DNA of 64,000 nucleotides from Candidatus Parcubacteria bacterium. Its GTDB lineage: Bacteria; Patescibacteriota; Minisyncoccia; Phycocordibacterales; UBA5272. Both the position numbers and the translations under genes were made by a program. The notes under the pieces are model-generated. The model worked only from the letters and a program-made list of their open reading frames with translations, made no database searches and had not been told where the DNA came from. Of the stretch, positions 46,567 through 56,249 are shown piece by piece; the stretch's first letter is position 1; every line of letters starts with the position of its first letter. The DNA is taken from assembly GCA_039796775.1 (NCBI GenBank), contig JBDKJD010000004.1, positions 6,103 to 70,102 of the forward strand. Direction: 5' to 3'.

Positions 46567-47154
46567 TTACCCTAAAACTTTATAAAGCGTATAGAGCACT
46601 ACAAGAAAAACTGTTGCTGCCATAGCTAGTCTTGTATGCTTCTTTATAAACTCTCTAGCTTCATCTCCCCACTCATATGCCAAATATGCAACGATTGCCG
46701 CTCTCAAAAATCTCGCACAAAATGTAGCCAAAAGAACAAGCAATAAACTAGCACCGAATATTCCAGCAATAAAAGAAAAGATTCTATCTGGTAACGGTGT
46801 GAACGCTGTCATGAACTGCGCAACAAAAACATTATCACTATAAATAATTTTTGCTTTGTCCACAAAAGAAGAGATTCCAAACATATCAATCACACGTTCA
46901 CCAAATTTTTGAAATAAGATAAACCCTATGCAGTAAGTCACAAAAGCTCCGAGCGTAGAACCGAGCGCTGAGATAAAAGATAGCAATTTCCAAGAAATAT
47001 CTTTTCTATAAGAAAGAATGATAAGAATGTATGCTTCTACTAAGATAGGAGAAAAAGATTGTTCAAAAAAAGCTAGAAAAAAGGTGATCGCCTTCACTCT
47101 CTTTGATTGAGCGAGTCGAGCAATATAATGATCTGTCTTGTTGACGATGTTCAT
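46567..47154 (-). CDS. DedA/YqaA (SNARE-associated) family membrane protein
   Basis: TM topology and FTPLPDR motif. Confidence 0.5.
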   Translation of the reverse strand: MNIVNKTDHYIARLAQSKRVKAITFFLAFFEQSFSPILVEAYILIILSYRKDISWKLLSFISALGSTLGAFVTYCIGFILFQKFGERVIDMFGISSFVDKAKIIYSDNVFVAQFMTAFTPLPDRIFSFIAGIFGASLLLVLLATFCARFLRAAIVAYLAYEWGDEAREFIKKHTRLAMAATVFLVVLYTLYKVLG

Positions 47155-47528
47155 TATTTTAGACGAGTACCATTCTTAAGTGTTTGTGTAGGACTAAAAA
47201 GCGCTAGACCGTTTTCATCATTTCCCGCTACTATCATCCCTTGTGACTCATACCCTCGTAACACTCTCGGAGCTAAGTTGGTCACGAATGGGAATTGTTT
47301 GCCAAGAAGATCCTCTTGAGATTTGAACTCTCGTATTCCGGAAAGAATTTGTCGTGGTTGTTCTTCTCCTAGATCTACTTTTAGGATGTAAAGTTTATCC
47401 GCTCCTTCTACTATATCAACAGAGAGCACTTTTCCTACTCGTATCTCTACTTTTTGAAAGTCATCTATGGTAATAAAATTCTTCTTTTCTTCTAGAGTTT
47501 CTGTGTTTTTTTCTTCTGTGTTCATCAT
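47154..47528 (-). CDS. tRNA-binding domain protein (Trbp111/CsaA, MetRS C-terminal-like)
   Basis: IDDFQKVEIRVGKVLSVDIVEGADKLYILKVDLGEE...GMIVA OB-fold pattern. Confidence 0.7.
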   Translation of the reverse strand: MMNTEEKNTETLEEKKNFITIDDFQKVEIRVGKVLSVDIVEGADKLYILKVDLGEEQPRQILSGIREFKSQEDLLGKQFPFVTNLAPRVLRGYESQGMIVAGNDENGLALFSPTQTLKNGTRLK

Positions 47529-47612
47529 GTGAGTATATAAGCGCCACAGAGACTAAGCAAGAAAATACTAAATCCATTACTCTTCACTTTTTATTCCTTA
47601 ACCTTTATCCCA

Positions 47613-48077
47613 TTACCAAGAATCGTTCCCTTTCTCATCGCTACTATCTTCATCATCTTCTACAGCGTCATCTTCTTCGTATGTTCCTGGGCCATTTGTC
47701 TTATCCAAATATCGTTGAAGAGTGATAGCTGCTGCTTGATCATCAACATCATGAGAACCTTCTTTGCCTGGTTGTCTTCTCGCTTCAACAGTTGAGAACC
47801 ATTCTTTTTCGAACACCACTTTTACATCAATCGCTTCTTCTATTCTTAGACCAAAAGCTCTCGCTTCTTTTGCTATAGCATTTGGTTTGCCATGTTGATC
47901 AACGCTTTCACCGATGACAACAGTAGAGAATCTCATTTCTCTGATGAGTTCTAGAGTATCTTTTAACAATGTGGCGTCATTGGGTGACACCATAAGAGGA
48001 AATGCCAATCTCCCCTCATCGTCAGATTGAGCAAAGCCGACTTTCTTTGAACCATAATCAATGCCTAAATATTTCAT
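47613..48077 (-). CDS. ruvX: Holliday-junction resolvase-like YqgF/RuvX
   Basis: MKYLGIDYGSKKVGFAQSD... RNase H-like YqgF motif; acidic C-terminal tail. Confidence 0.8.
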   Translation of the reverse strand: MKYLGIDYGSKKVGFAQSDDEGRLAFPLMVSPNDATLLKDTLELIREMRFSTVVIGESVDQHGKPNAIAKEARAFGLRIEEAIDVKVVFEKEWFSTVEARRQPGKEGSHDVDDQAAAITLQRYLDKTNGPGTYEEDDAVEDDEDSSDEKGNDSW

Positions 48078-48406
48078 AACGATAGTGTATAGCGATTAGT
48101 CTTTGGTGACTAGTGGACACCATCTTATGTAACTGGGTGTAATTATTTACACAATAAGAACTCTTTCTCTTTACTTCTGTCTTTGCTTCTAAACTTTTCA
48201 TCACTTAGTACATGTATTCTTTGGTACATGAGTAGTAGGGAATGGGGGGTTGAAAGAGGTCTCTTGCGGAATCATGATTTTGTAGAGGGGAATGCAAAAC
48301 AGACGACGCTTCGTGCCGACCATATTTTGGGCGGGAATTTGAATTCCGAATTTTGGCGGGGATTGTGGGACGAAGTTGGAACACTTTTAACAAAACAAAA
48401 GGTTTG

Positions 48407-48979
48407 TTAACCAACAACTTTTTCATAATAGTCTGGTACTAGCCTTTTTAAAAATAGAAGAAGCAGTTCACCAGTTTTCTGTGTAAGCAATTCTTCCTCT
48501 GAAAACATTGTGTTTGATAATTCTTCACCTAGTACATCTCTTATTTGTGCTTCATCTGTAAAGTATATAGCACTCGTGAGATGACAACCAGTTCTATTGT
48601 CTTCAAGAAATTTATTTCCAGATGCCCCATGAACTGTAACGTCTAGTATTAAAACCTGCCCACCCTTCAAAGTGCTTTTCCTTAATGTATATTTTGATGA
48701 ATTTTTTGGATAAGGAAAATCAAGACATCTCTCAACATCTAGGTCATCGATAGTAACCATGCTTTGAGTATCTTTATTCCACCCTGCAGAAACTTGACCC
48801 TTGGTTGGAGCTCCCTCTCTGTTGAGGATATTACCTGTTCCATTTATCAAAACATGAACTCTTGGATCCTGCAAAATTCTTTTATAAGACTCTTCAACAG
48901 GAGAAAGGGCTTCTTGTTTATTTTCTGGGGCAATATTGGTTTTAACATCTCTAGCTTTTAAATGTTCATCTTTTGTCAC
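48407..48979 (-). CDS. hypothetical protein
   Basis: 190-aa ORF (GTG start), no confident motif. Confidence 0.35.
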   Translation of the reverse strand: MTKDEHLKARDVKTNIAPENKQEALSPVEESYKRILQDPRVHVLINGTGNILNREGAPTKGQVSAGWNKDTQSMVTIDDLDVERCLDFPYPKNSSKYTLRKSTLKGGQVLILDVTVHGASGNKFLEDNRTGCHLTSAIYFTDEAQIRDVLGEELSNTMFSEEELLTQKTGELLLLFLKRLVPDYYEKVVG

Positions 48980-49236
48980 TTCATACCTTGAAGTTTTTTT
49001 AGCTAAAGAAAGAAAATCTTCAGCATCTTTCTTACCTTCACCCCTTGACTCCGTAACTCTTTTAAATCTTTTGCAAGACCATTTCTATAATTATTAGGTG
49101 ATTGTTCCATGGACTTAATAATAACACAAATTATAGTCAGTACTTCTTGACTCCTTGTAAAACAAGTGTTTTTAGAGTAGTATCCCCCTTATGAACCCCT
49201 TTAGTGTTGATCTTCTCAAAGTTCTCAAGCTTCTCA

Positions 49237-49260
49237 AGTAGGAGGCGGTGAGATTCGCTC
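49237..49260. repeat. degenerate 24-nt copy of the 3' end (T-arm + acceptor) of tRNA-Ser located 8.5 kb away; candidate distal att site of an island
   Basis: ggaggCggtgagattcg--ctcac vs tRNA-Ser 57798-57823 ggaggAggtgagattcgAActcac, same orientation. Confidence 0.35.
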
Positions 49261-49366
49261 ACAAATCTGCCTCGTCACGTTGTTCCTCGAAGCAGATTCG
49301 CGACCCCTATTCTCATCTCACGCAAACCACGCAGGTGGTTTGCTACTGCGCCTCGCTTGTGAATAA

Positions 49367-49400
49367 AAAACCCAGTAACTACTGGGTTTTTTATTCAAGC
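49367..49400. terminator. perfect hairpin AAAAAACCCAGTA-ACT-ACTGGGTTTTTT (bidirectional) flanking GC-rich cassette; preceded by second hairpin GCAAACCAC-GCAG-GTGGTTTGC (49321-49342)
   Basis: seen directly. Confidence 0.55.
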
Positions 49401-49405
49401 GGCAA

Positions 49406-50489
49406 GCGGTGTATTTTAAAAATAGCTCGAACGGAATTCTGCCCTCGCCGCGCTTTGCGCGGCTCGGGTGTGGCGGAGCAAAAATGAGCGGCTCCGCCGC
49501 GCACACTGACAATTTTAAGTTTTTCTTTGGCGGAATACAAATTCGAGCGTGCGGAGCACGCACAAAATAGTTCTTTACAAAAAGAAGCGCGCCAGAGGTC
49601 CGGTGGACATGGCGCGCGTGGTTGGAAGCGGCGCACAGCTGTGCTTCCGCTAGGCGCTAGGAGAGGGCGCTGGCAAGTCGAGCGACGATCCCGCGATATT
49701 TCACGAGTTCGTTTTTGGGGATTCGACACTCGTTCTCGCCTTCGAGTGCAGCGACGGCGATTTGCGCATTCGGAAACAAACGCACCCACGTCCGCCGTTG
49801 AACCTTCTCGGTGAGCTCGATGATCTGTTTGCCGTCGATGAAGCCACTGGACGAAAACATGTCCTCGTCGGTGAGAACGATCTCGTGGCGAACGGCTTCC
49901 GTGCCGATGTCCTCATCGAAGTAGAGCTTGCCGAACTCCATCTCGCTATCCCACTCGCGGAAGTTGTCCTTGGAGGTCGGCTCCAGTTCGGGGACGAGCG
50001 ACATCATGAGCGCCTGAAGCTCCTTGGCGGTGTACACGCCGCCGGTTTTCGGGGCGATGAAAATCCACGGTGTGGCTCCAGTAGCCGTCCCTGCCTGGTA
50101 GATAGTTCCGCTCCGGCGCGCCGACGATCGTGATGTTCGGATTGTTTTGCAGTGCTTTTCGAACGTGCGTGAGTTTGCTCATCGTGTGGTCCTCCTTTCA
50201 AGGTACAGGGGTTGAATTACCAATCTAAGCGACATGCCTGGATTTCAAATCAAGGTAGCATATTACACAATAAAAGTCAATAGGCGGCAAGATTGCCGAC
50301 TATTGAAAAAACCTTATGAAAAAATTTCTTTTGCCCTTACAAAATATGGTTTGAGCCGATTTGTTTTTAGGTTCTTTGGCAGTTTGGAGTGTGCGCGGCG
50401 GAGCCGCTCATTTTTGCCCCGCCACACCCGAGCCGCGCAAAGCGCGGCGAGGGCAGAATTCCGTTCGAGCTGTTTTTAAAATACACCGC
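49406..50489. mobile_element. GC-rich (~60 %) ~1.1-kb cassette bounded by ~102-bp near-perfect terminal inverted repeats (49406-49507 and 50388-50489; 2 mismatches), carrying one frameshifted ORF and no transposase
   Basis: revcomp of right repeat equals left repeat except t/c and a/g; each repeat contains internal palindromes (GCCGCGC-TTT-GCGCGGC); interior composition foreign to the ~36 % GC host. Confidence 0.5.
49657..50182 (-). pseudogene. GC-rich hypothetical gene inside the IR cassette, split by a frameshift (ORFs 49946..50182 and 49657..50037)
   Basis: strong RBS AAGGAGGACCACACG-ATG; MSKLTHVRKALQNNPNITIVGAPERNYLPGRDGYWSHTVD.. then frame change near ttttcatcgccccgaaaaccggc into ..FIAPKTGGVYTAKELQALMMSLVPELE..ARLASALS. 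Confidence 0.4.
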
Positions 50490-50496
50490 ATATGCA

Positions 50497-50550
50497 TTTA
50501 AAACCACAAGATTCTTTTTCGTGGTTTTAAATGCATATGCGGGCCATATG
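50497..50550. other. 20-bp-stem perfect palindrome GCATATGCATTTAAAACCAC-loop-GTGGTTTTAAATGCATATGC immediately outside right IR
   Basis: seen directly. Confidence 0.6.
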
Positions 50551-50649
50551 AGTTAAGTACCCACTAGCTCAAGCATCACAAGGATGTTTTAGTGTCTTTT
50601 CCAGACTCTAAAATATGTATGTGGGTCGCTATTACCTTAAGACAAAATA

Positions 50650-51321
50650 CTACATTCCTACAATCTGTATCACTAATACTGCAATCTTTTTCTTGTCTTC
50701 ATCAGACAGAGAAACCTTAGAACCTTCTAGTCTAAAATTAAAATAATCGTCACTAATAAGATATGCACCTATGAATTCAGTCATGTCTTCTAAGGTATTC
50801 ATACTAAGCAGGCCAGTATCTCTGTTTTGTCTATGATATACATTCATATCTGCCAACCCGTTACAAACACCTTTAGTGTTGAGAAATGCATATAACTCTA
50901 GGTATGGGTGAAACTTTTCATCAATCTCATTTGAACCATTCAAGAAGTTAACAAGAGCTTGTTCATATCCTGTTTGATTTTGAAAAACATGAGCAGATTC
51001 ATGAGCCAATTTGATGAGAAGCTGTTCCTTAGCATTATCAACTCCCCAACCAAAACTATCTACACTTTCCCTGCGAAATGGCATAGCGCCGAGAGATATT
51101 TGAGAAGATCCGTCTTCAAGTCTCTTTGCGCTTGATTCAGGACTCGCTTCATTAACTACAAGAGTAGCGTTTACCCTGGAAAGAATTTTACCAACTCGTA
51201 AAGAATTTCTACTATTTTCATCTAGTAACACCTGATCCATAATTGAAGAAAGTCCAGAAAATAATCTTCTTGGCGCAGATTCTTGAGTTTCAGTATTACT
51301 TTTTGATTCTGGTCCTTTCAT
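50650..51321 (-). CDS. DUF4157-like HExxH domain protein (putative zinc metallopeptidase/toxin-associated domain)
   Basis: LAHESAHVFQNQTG resembles DUF4157 signature AHExxHVxQQ. Confidence 0.4.
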   Translation of the reverse strand: MKGPESKSNTETQESAPRRLFSGLSSIMDQVLLDENSRNSLRVGKILSRVNATLVVNEASPESSAKRLEDGSSQISLGAMPFRRESVDSFGWGVDNAKEQLLIKLAHESAHVFQNQTGYEQALVNFLNGSNEIDEKFHPYLELYAFLNTKGVCNGLADMNVYHRQNRDTGLLSMNTLEDMTEFIGAYLISDDYFNFRLEGSKVSLSDEDKKKIAVLVIQIVGM

Positions 51322-51457
51322 AAATTATGTATCTAGGTCGCTCCGATACTTTATTCTTATGGCGGAGAGTGTGGGTTAAGTACCCACACGTCTAGACCCC
51401 ATAAAGGTATTTTATCATCTTCTCCAAACTTTGAAATATGTATGTAGGCCGCTATGG

Positions 51458-51898
51458 TTATTTGAGAAATTCTTGAACTTTCCAAAGAAAAACAGACTGC
51501 CCACTCTGAATAATATGACCTCTTTCAAGAGGAACCCAGAAGCATTCAAACTTAGTCGGTTCACCTATACCATCATGATCTTCTTGACTAAACCATCTTT
51601 CAGGAAGTTCTTTTGTACTTTTTGCGAGATAAAAATGTCTTTCCTGAATCTCATTTCTGTAGGGAGAAATATCATATTGTGAAGTTCCTAAATACGCAAT
51701 GATTTCAAAGTCTTTTAAGCCTGTTTCTTCTGTAAGTTCTCTTAGTGCAGCAATTTCTAAAGACTCATTTTCTTCTACAGAACCCGCAGGAACTTGTAAG
51801 CCTACTTCTTCATATGAAAAATCTACATGACGAAAAACAAGAAGCTGGTTATTTTGTATTGCGTATACCACAACTTTCTTTTTAATTTGTTTATCCAT
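51458..51898 (-). CDS. NUDIX hydrolase
   Basis: Nudix box GSVEENESLEIAALRELTEETGL. Confidence 0.75.
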   Translation of the reverse strand: MDKQIKKKVVVYAIQNNQLLVFRHVDFSYEEVGLQVPAGSVEENESLEIAALRELTEETGLKDFEIIAYLGTSQYDISPYRNEIQERHFYLAKSTKELPERWFSQEDHDGIGEPTKFECFWVPLERGHIIQSGQSVFLWKVQEFLK

Positions 51899-52114
51899 AT
51901 ATATTAGGTATTCGGGTCTGCTCCGATACTTTTATATTATAGCGGGGGTCTTCGAGTTAGAACCTTTTGAGAACAAGACCTGTAAGGTTATTTTTAACTA
52001 TTCCAATTTATCACAATTGATGCATCTCGAGCACTGGAAAAAAGTGACAAAAGTGACACTTTTTAACTATATTAATTACACTTAACTGTCACTTTTTAAT
52101 AAAACAACTTAACA

Positions 52115-53074
52115 TTATTTCTTATTGTTTACTTTAAAATATAAGACCTTTTGTTCATACAGTGGTTTAAATATCCCATTTTCATATACAAACCTTGTTT
52201 TCATATACCCAGGAGGACAACATAACCCTGTATCCCACTCTTCCCCTTCTGAAGGAACCCAATGCATATAAAAACCATTATCGCTATCATTCTTAGTAAT
52301 ATCTAACCCTGTAAGTCCCGCATCTGCTGTAAAGATAATTTTATTACCTTTAACTACAATGATTTGATGAGGGCAATGATTACCACCTGTTCCACATAAT
52401 GATATTATAGTTTCATTTTTACCGTCTCCATCTACATCAAACTTTTCAAGCCCTACGATTGTATAACCTTCAGGAATAAAACGATAAGCAAGATCACCAT
52501 ATTCTTTTATTTGATCTTTGTATAACCAATCCCATTCAACCTTTCCATCACTACCAACCTTAAAAATTTCTTTATTTGATTTTACTAATGGTAAATCTTT
52601 AATTTCATTTGAATAATCTTTACTTGATAAAGTTATATCTTTAGTTGGAAAAGATTGATACCCTGTATCTAAAACGGCATAATCCATTTTATTCTTATCC
52701 TCTGGATCACCAGAACCCCAAGCGATATCTTTATCAGAAAAATATTTTAATGGCATACTCATTTCTGGAATTGTTCCAACAACACCAAAAGGAGATTCTT
52801 CACAATTAAATTCTCTTAAGAGTCTTACCCTTTCACTACTGATTTCTTCCTGAGTTGCGTTTGGATGATCTTTTAAGTATGTACTAGACCATTCAGCAAC
52901 AGACATTACATACTCTTCTGAGGAAGAAAATTTATCCGGGCACTTAAAAAATAAATTTTTATCAAATTTATAATAGTAGAACACTGAAAATAAAAACACA
53001 CCTAAAATCAAAAGGAAAAACCATAGAATATACTTTATTATTTGTTTTGATTTTATAATAATAGAAAATTTCAT
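52115..53074 (-). CDS. hypothetical membrane-anchored protein
   Basis: N-terminal TM (YILWFFLLILGVFLFSVFYYY), 319 aa, Cys-containing. Confidence 0.4.
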   Translation of the reverse strand: MKFSIIIKSKQIIKYILWFFLLILGVFLFSVFYYYKFDKNLFFKCPDKFSSSEEYVMSVAEWSSTYLKDHPNATQEEISSERVRLLREFNCEESPFGVVGTIPEMSMPLKYFSDKDIAWGSGDPEDKNKMDYAVLDTGYQSFPTKDITLSSKDYSNEIKDLPLVKSNKEIFKVGSDGKVEWDWLYKDQIKEYGDLAYRFIPEGYTIVGLEKFDVDGDGKNETIISLCGTGGNHCPHQIIVVKGNKIIFTADAGLTGLDITKNDSDNGFYMHWVPSEGEEWDTGLCCPPGYMKTRFVYENGIFKPLYEQKVLYFKVNNKK

Positions 53075-53084
53075 TTATTGATAA

Positions 53085-54011
53085 CTACTCTCTATATGAA
53101 TAAATATCTACCTGGTCATTACCATTTTTACAGAAAGCCTTAACAGAGTAACCACTTCTTGTTCCAACATTTCCAAATATTTCCATATAAGGAATATTTC
53201 CATTTCCATCTGCCCAAGTCCAAATACAAGTATCATAATTTTTTTGAATTTTGTACGGACTACTATTATCAGATCTTTCAATTAAATCCCAATATTTATT
53301 AACTTTTAGATTTGGGTCTATATATACATATCCAAAATCTGAAACACAAAATGAACTACCAGTCTTTGCCCTAATACTATTGATGTTATTAGTTATAACG
53401 TCACCAGAATTCATTTCAATACATGAAATAGAATTACCTTCTGCTGTTACGTCTCTGTATAAAGGAAGGTCTTGCCTTTGTTTTGAGCTATATTTCAAAT
53501 CACAAATTTTTACATCGTGTTCAGTAACACATTTCTCTGAGCTATATTTAACTCTACTTTTTTCATAGACGACATCAGATTGTTTTTTTAAATCAATACC
53601 CCTAGAATCATTTGAATTTGCATACACAGCAAAAGCCCACTGTTCTGAAGTACAGTTACCAGGATAACATCTATAGGCCATAGCAACATTATGACGGTCG
53701 TACCAAGCGTATTGATCGCAACTACTTTGATTACACCCAATATTATCCATTGGAAATATATCGTCCCTAGTCTCAGGTTTCTGGTTATAATCTAAAACCT
53801 GAGAACTATTGCTAGTTTTTGTATAGATATTTACTTGAGTATCCTGTTTGTCACTCTTCAAATAAAAATATCCAACAATAAGAACTACACCAACAATACC
53901 AATAAGCAAGAGTCTAATTCCCCATCCTATAAAAAACCCTAATAATGCCTGACCTGGTTCACTTATAAGTAAAACCCCTATAGCTATTATGATTAGCAGA
54001 AAAATTACCAT
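53085..54011 (-). CDS. hypothetical membrane-anchored Cys-rich protein
   Basis: two N-terminal TM segments then Cys-rich ectodomain, 308 aa. Confidence 0.4.
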   Translation of the reverse strand: MVIFLLIIIAIGVLLISEPGQALLGFFIGWGIRLLLIGIVGVVLIVGYFYLKSDKQDTQVNIYTKTSNSSQVLDYNQKPETRDDIFPMDNIGCNQSSCDQYAWYDRHNVAMAYRCYPGNCTSEQWAFAVYANSNDSRGIDLKKQSDVVYEKSRVKYSSEKCVTEHDVKICDLKYSSKQRQDLPLYRDVTAEGNSISCIEMNSGDVITNNINSIRAKTGSSFCVSDFGYVYIDPNLKVNKYWDLIERSDNSSPYKIQKNYDTCIWTWADGNGNIPYMEIFGNVGTRSGYSVKAFCKNGNDQVDIYSYRE

Positions 54012-54142
54012 GATTTACTTTATATTCTACTCTTATTTACAGATTATTCAATTTATTGCTCAACAAATAAACATCTTACAATGTAATCTTTTTTGGTTCT
54101 GCATAGACTATGCAGAGATTTTGGTTCTGTCATTAATATAAT

Positions 54143-55468
54143 ATGGAACAACAAGAAACATATGGACTAATGGGTAATATGACAATAGCTCCAGTACAAA
54201 AAATGAAGTATGTTTTGTACTCAAGAAAAAGTACGGAATCAGAAGAAAGACAAATTCTTTCTATTGATTCTCAGATTAAGGAAATGCTTAGATTAGCAGA
54301 AAGAGAAAATCTTGAAATAATAGATATTAGAAGAGAGTCTCATTCAGCAAAAGATTCAGGCCAAAGACCTGTATTTAAAGAAATATTAGAGGATATTAAA
54401 CGAGGTAGGTTTAATGGAATACTTGCATGGGATGCTTCTAGAATTAGCAGAAATGCAGGTGATCTAGGCTCTATTGTAGACCTTATGGATCAACAATTAC
54501 TTTTTCAAATACGAACCTATGGACAAACATTTTCAAATTCACCAAATGAAAAGTTTCTCTTGATGATTTTATGTTCTCAAGCAAAATTAGAAAATGACAA
54601 CAAAAGTGTAAATGTTAAGCGAGGATTGCGAACAAGAGTCGAAATGGGTTTATGGCCATGTCCTGCCCCTACTGGATATTTAAAAGAAAATAGAATGGAC
54701 AGAAAATGTCAAACACTTATAGACCCAGACAGAGGACATATTATTAAACAAGTTTTTGAGAAAGTTGCTTACGATAAATGGAGCGGTTTAAAAGTCTATC
54801 ACTGGTTAAAGTTTGATATGAATTTTAAAACAGCAGCAGGTCACAAAAATCTATCATTAGGCAATATTAATCTAATTCTAAAGAATACTTTTTACTACGG
54901 TGAATTTGAATATCCTCGTGGTAGTGGTAACTGGTACAAAGGAAGTCATAAACCATTAATCACTAAAGAACTCTTTGATCTTGTTCAGTCGCAATTATCT
55001 AGACAGGTAACAAGAACTGAATTTAACAGTAAAGAATTTGCTTTTACTAAACTTATGACATGTGGCTTATGTGGATCAGGAATATGTGCTGATGAAAAAA
55101 TAAAGAAGCAGAAAAATGGTAATGTTCACAGATATGTATACTATGGCTGTACTAAAGCCAAAGACAAGAATTGTAAATGTGGTTATACCAACGAAGAAGA
55201 TCTTATAAAACAGTTCCAGGAACTGCTAGATAAAATTGACTTAGACGAGATAGGAATGAAAGAAAAGATACGAACAGAGGTTGAAAGAATTAAGAGCTTT
55301 CAAAAGAGTGTTTTGGGAGATACACGACAAATTAAAATTAAAGATGTCGATATACGAAACTACGCTAAGTATATTTTGAAAGATGGGAAAGATCTAGAAA
55401 AACGAGAATTATTAGGTTGTTTTAAGAGTAAGATTTTATTGAATAATAAACAAATTAGTTTGATTTAA
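54143..55468 (+). CDS. large serine recombinase (resolvase domain + recombinase domain + zinc-ribbon)
   Basis: YSRKSTESEERQILSIDSQ catalytic-Ser region, recombinase domain, C-terminal CGLCGSG...YYGC zinc ribbon and coiled coil. Confidence 0.8.
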   Translation: MEQQETYGLMGNMTIAPVQKMKYVLYSRKSTESEERQILSIDSQIKEMLRLAERENLEIIDIRRESHSAKDSGQRPVFKEILEDIKRGRFNGILAWDASRISRNAGDLGSIVDLMDQQLLFQIRTYGQTFSNSPNEKFLLMILCSQAKLENDNKSVNVKRGLRTRVEMGLWPCPAPTGYLKENRMDRKCQTLIDPDRGHIIKQVFEKVAYDKWSGLKVYHWLKFDMNFKTAAGHKNLSLGNINLILKNTFYYGEFEYPRGSGNWYKGSHKPLITKELFDLVQSQLSRQVTRTEFNSKEFAFTKLMTCGLCGSGICADEKIKKQKNGNVHRYVYYGCTKAKDKNCKCGYTNEEDLIKQFQELLDKIDLDEIGMKEKIRTEVERIKSFQKSVLGDTRQIKIKDVDIRNYAKYILKDGKDLEKRELLGCFKSKILLNNKQISLI

Positions 55469-56232
55469 AAAGCACACACTGGTATAGGAATATTCATTTT
55501 AAGAATATCTTTAACTATTTCCATTTGATTTTGTCTCTTTTCCCAAAGAGGGTCCCCAGGACTTTCATTTAACGAAATTGTTATCATTGAAACGAGATCT
55601 CTGTGTTCAGCCAAAGCATTGAAAACGAATTTTAATAAATCTTCTTCTTGTAGATCTTTTGGATCATCTCCAGAAAAACCTTCTTCTTTGAAATCAAAAA
55701 AATCTAAATCAATATCTATTACACATTTACCGTTACTTTGCTTTATGCAATCTACTAACCCATAAATATCTGCCAGCTTTTTAAAAAAATGGAAATCTTT
55801 TTCTGGTAACCCAGTATGCCAGTCACCAGTTGAAGAATATATATAATAATGATTGAATACCTTTGCTTTTACGGCAAGATGTACAAAATTATCATATGTT
55901 ATACAAGGTCTCGTTTCTTTTCCTGTCCAAGGATCCCGAAAAGGACATTGCAAACTTTCATAAGTATTAAAATCTTTCAAGTTATCAAAAACGGAGAGAG
56001 CTTGTTCTAGGCACTCTGGCTCACCTAACCCTTCCCATCTACGAGCATCTGTGTGTTCATCTATGTGTATAAGATTGTGTTGTTTATCGGAAATGTTTTC
56101 ACATTGCAACCAACACCATAAAGCCAATCTATGGTTTGCCATTACATAGATATTATCCTCATTCCAAAGAAAAGTATTTTCATAAACCCGTGCGTATTGT
56201 TTTTTACTAGGTTCGATAATAAAAGGTGACAT
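55465..56232 (-). CDS. hypothetical protein with HxDxHxD motif (HIDEHTD) and IDIDLDFF segment; possibly UPF0489-like metal-dependent hydrolase
   Basis: 255-aa ORF immediately downstream (17-nt gap) of the AbiEii-like gene, same strand. Confidence 0.35.
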   Translation of the reverse strand: MSPFIIEPSKKQYARVYENTFLWNEDNIYVMANHRLALWCWLQCENISDKQHNLIHIDEHTDARRWEGLGEPECLEQALSVFDNLKDFNTYESLQCPFRDPWTGKETRPCITYDNFVHLAVKAKVFNHYYIYSSTGDWHTGLPEKDFHFFKKLADIYGLVDCIKQSNGKCVIDIDLDFFDFKEEGFSGDDPKDLQEEDLLKFVFNALAEHRDLVSMITISLNESPGDPLWEKRQNQMEIVKDILKMNIPIPVCAF

Positions 56233-56249
56233 ATGTTTTGTTTAATCAA

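Noticed and set aside
48980-49100. Possible N-terminal extension or upstream small ORF for gene 48407..48979
   Set aside because: Upstream ATG-initiated 34-aa ORF is in a different frame and an in-frame TGA lies directly upstream of the GTG start; no extension possible.
49248-50201. Multiple short ORFs on both strands in the GC-rich cassette (49248..49487, 49318..49563, 49391..49789, 49527..49814, 49701..49916, 49762..50133, 50004..50201)
   Set aside because: Arg/Ala/Pro-rich translations typical of random frames in GC-rich DNA. They overlap the inverted repeats or the one RBS-equipped gene.
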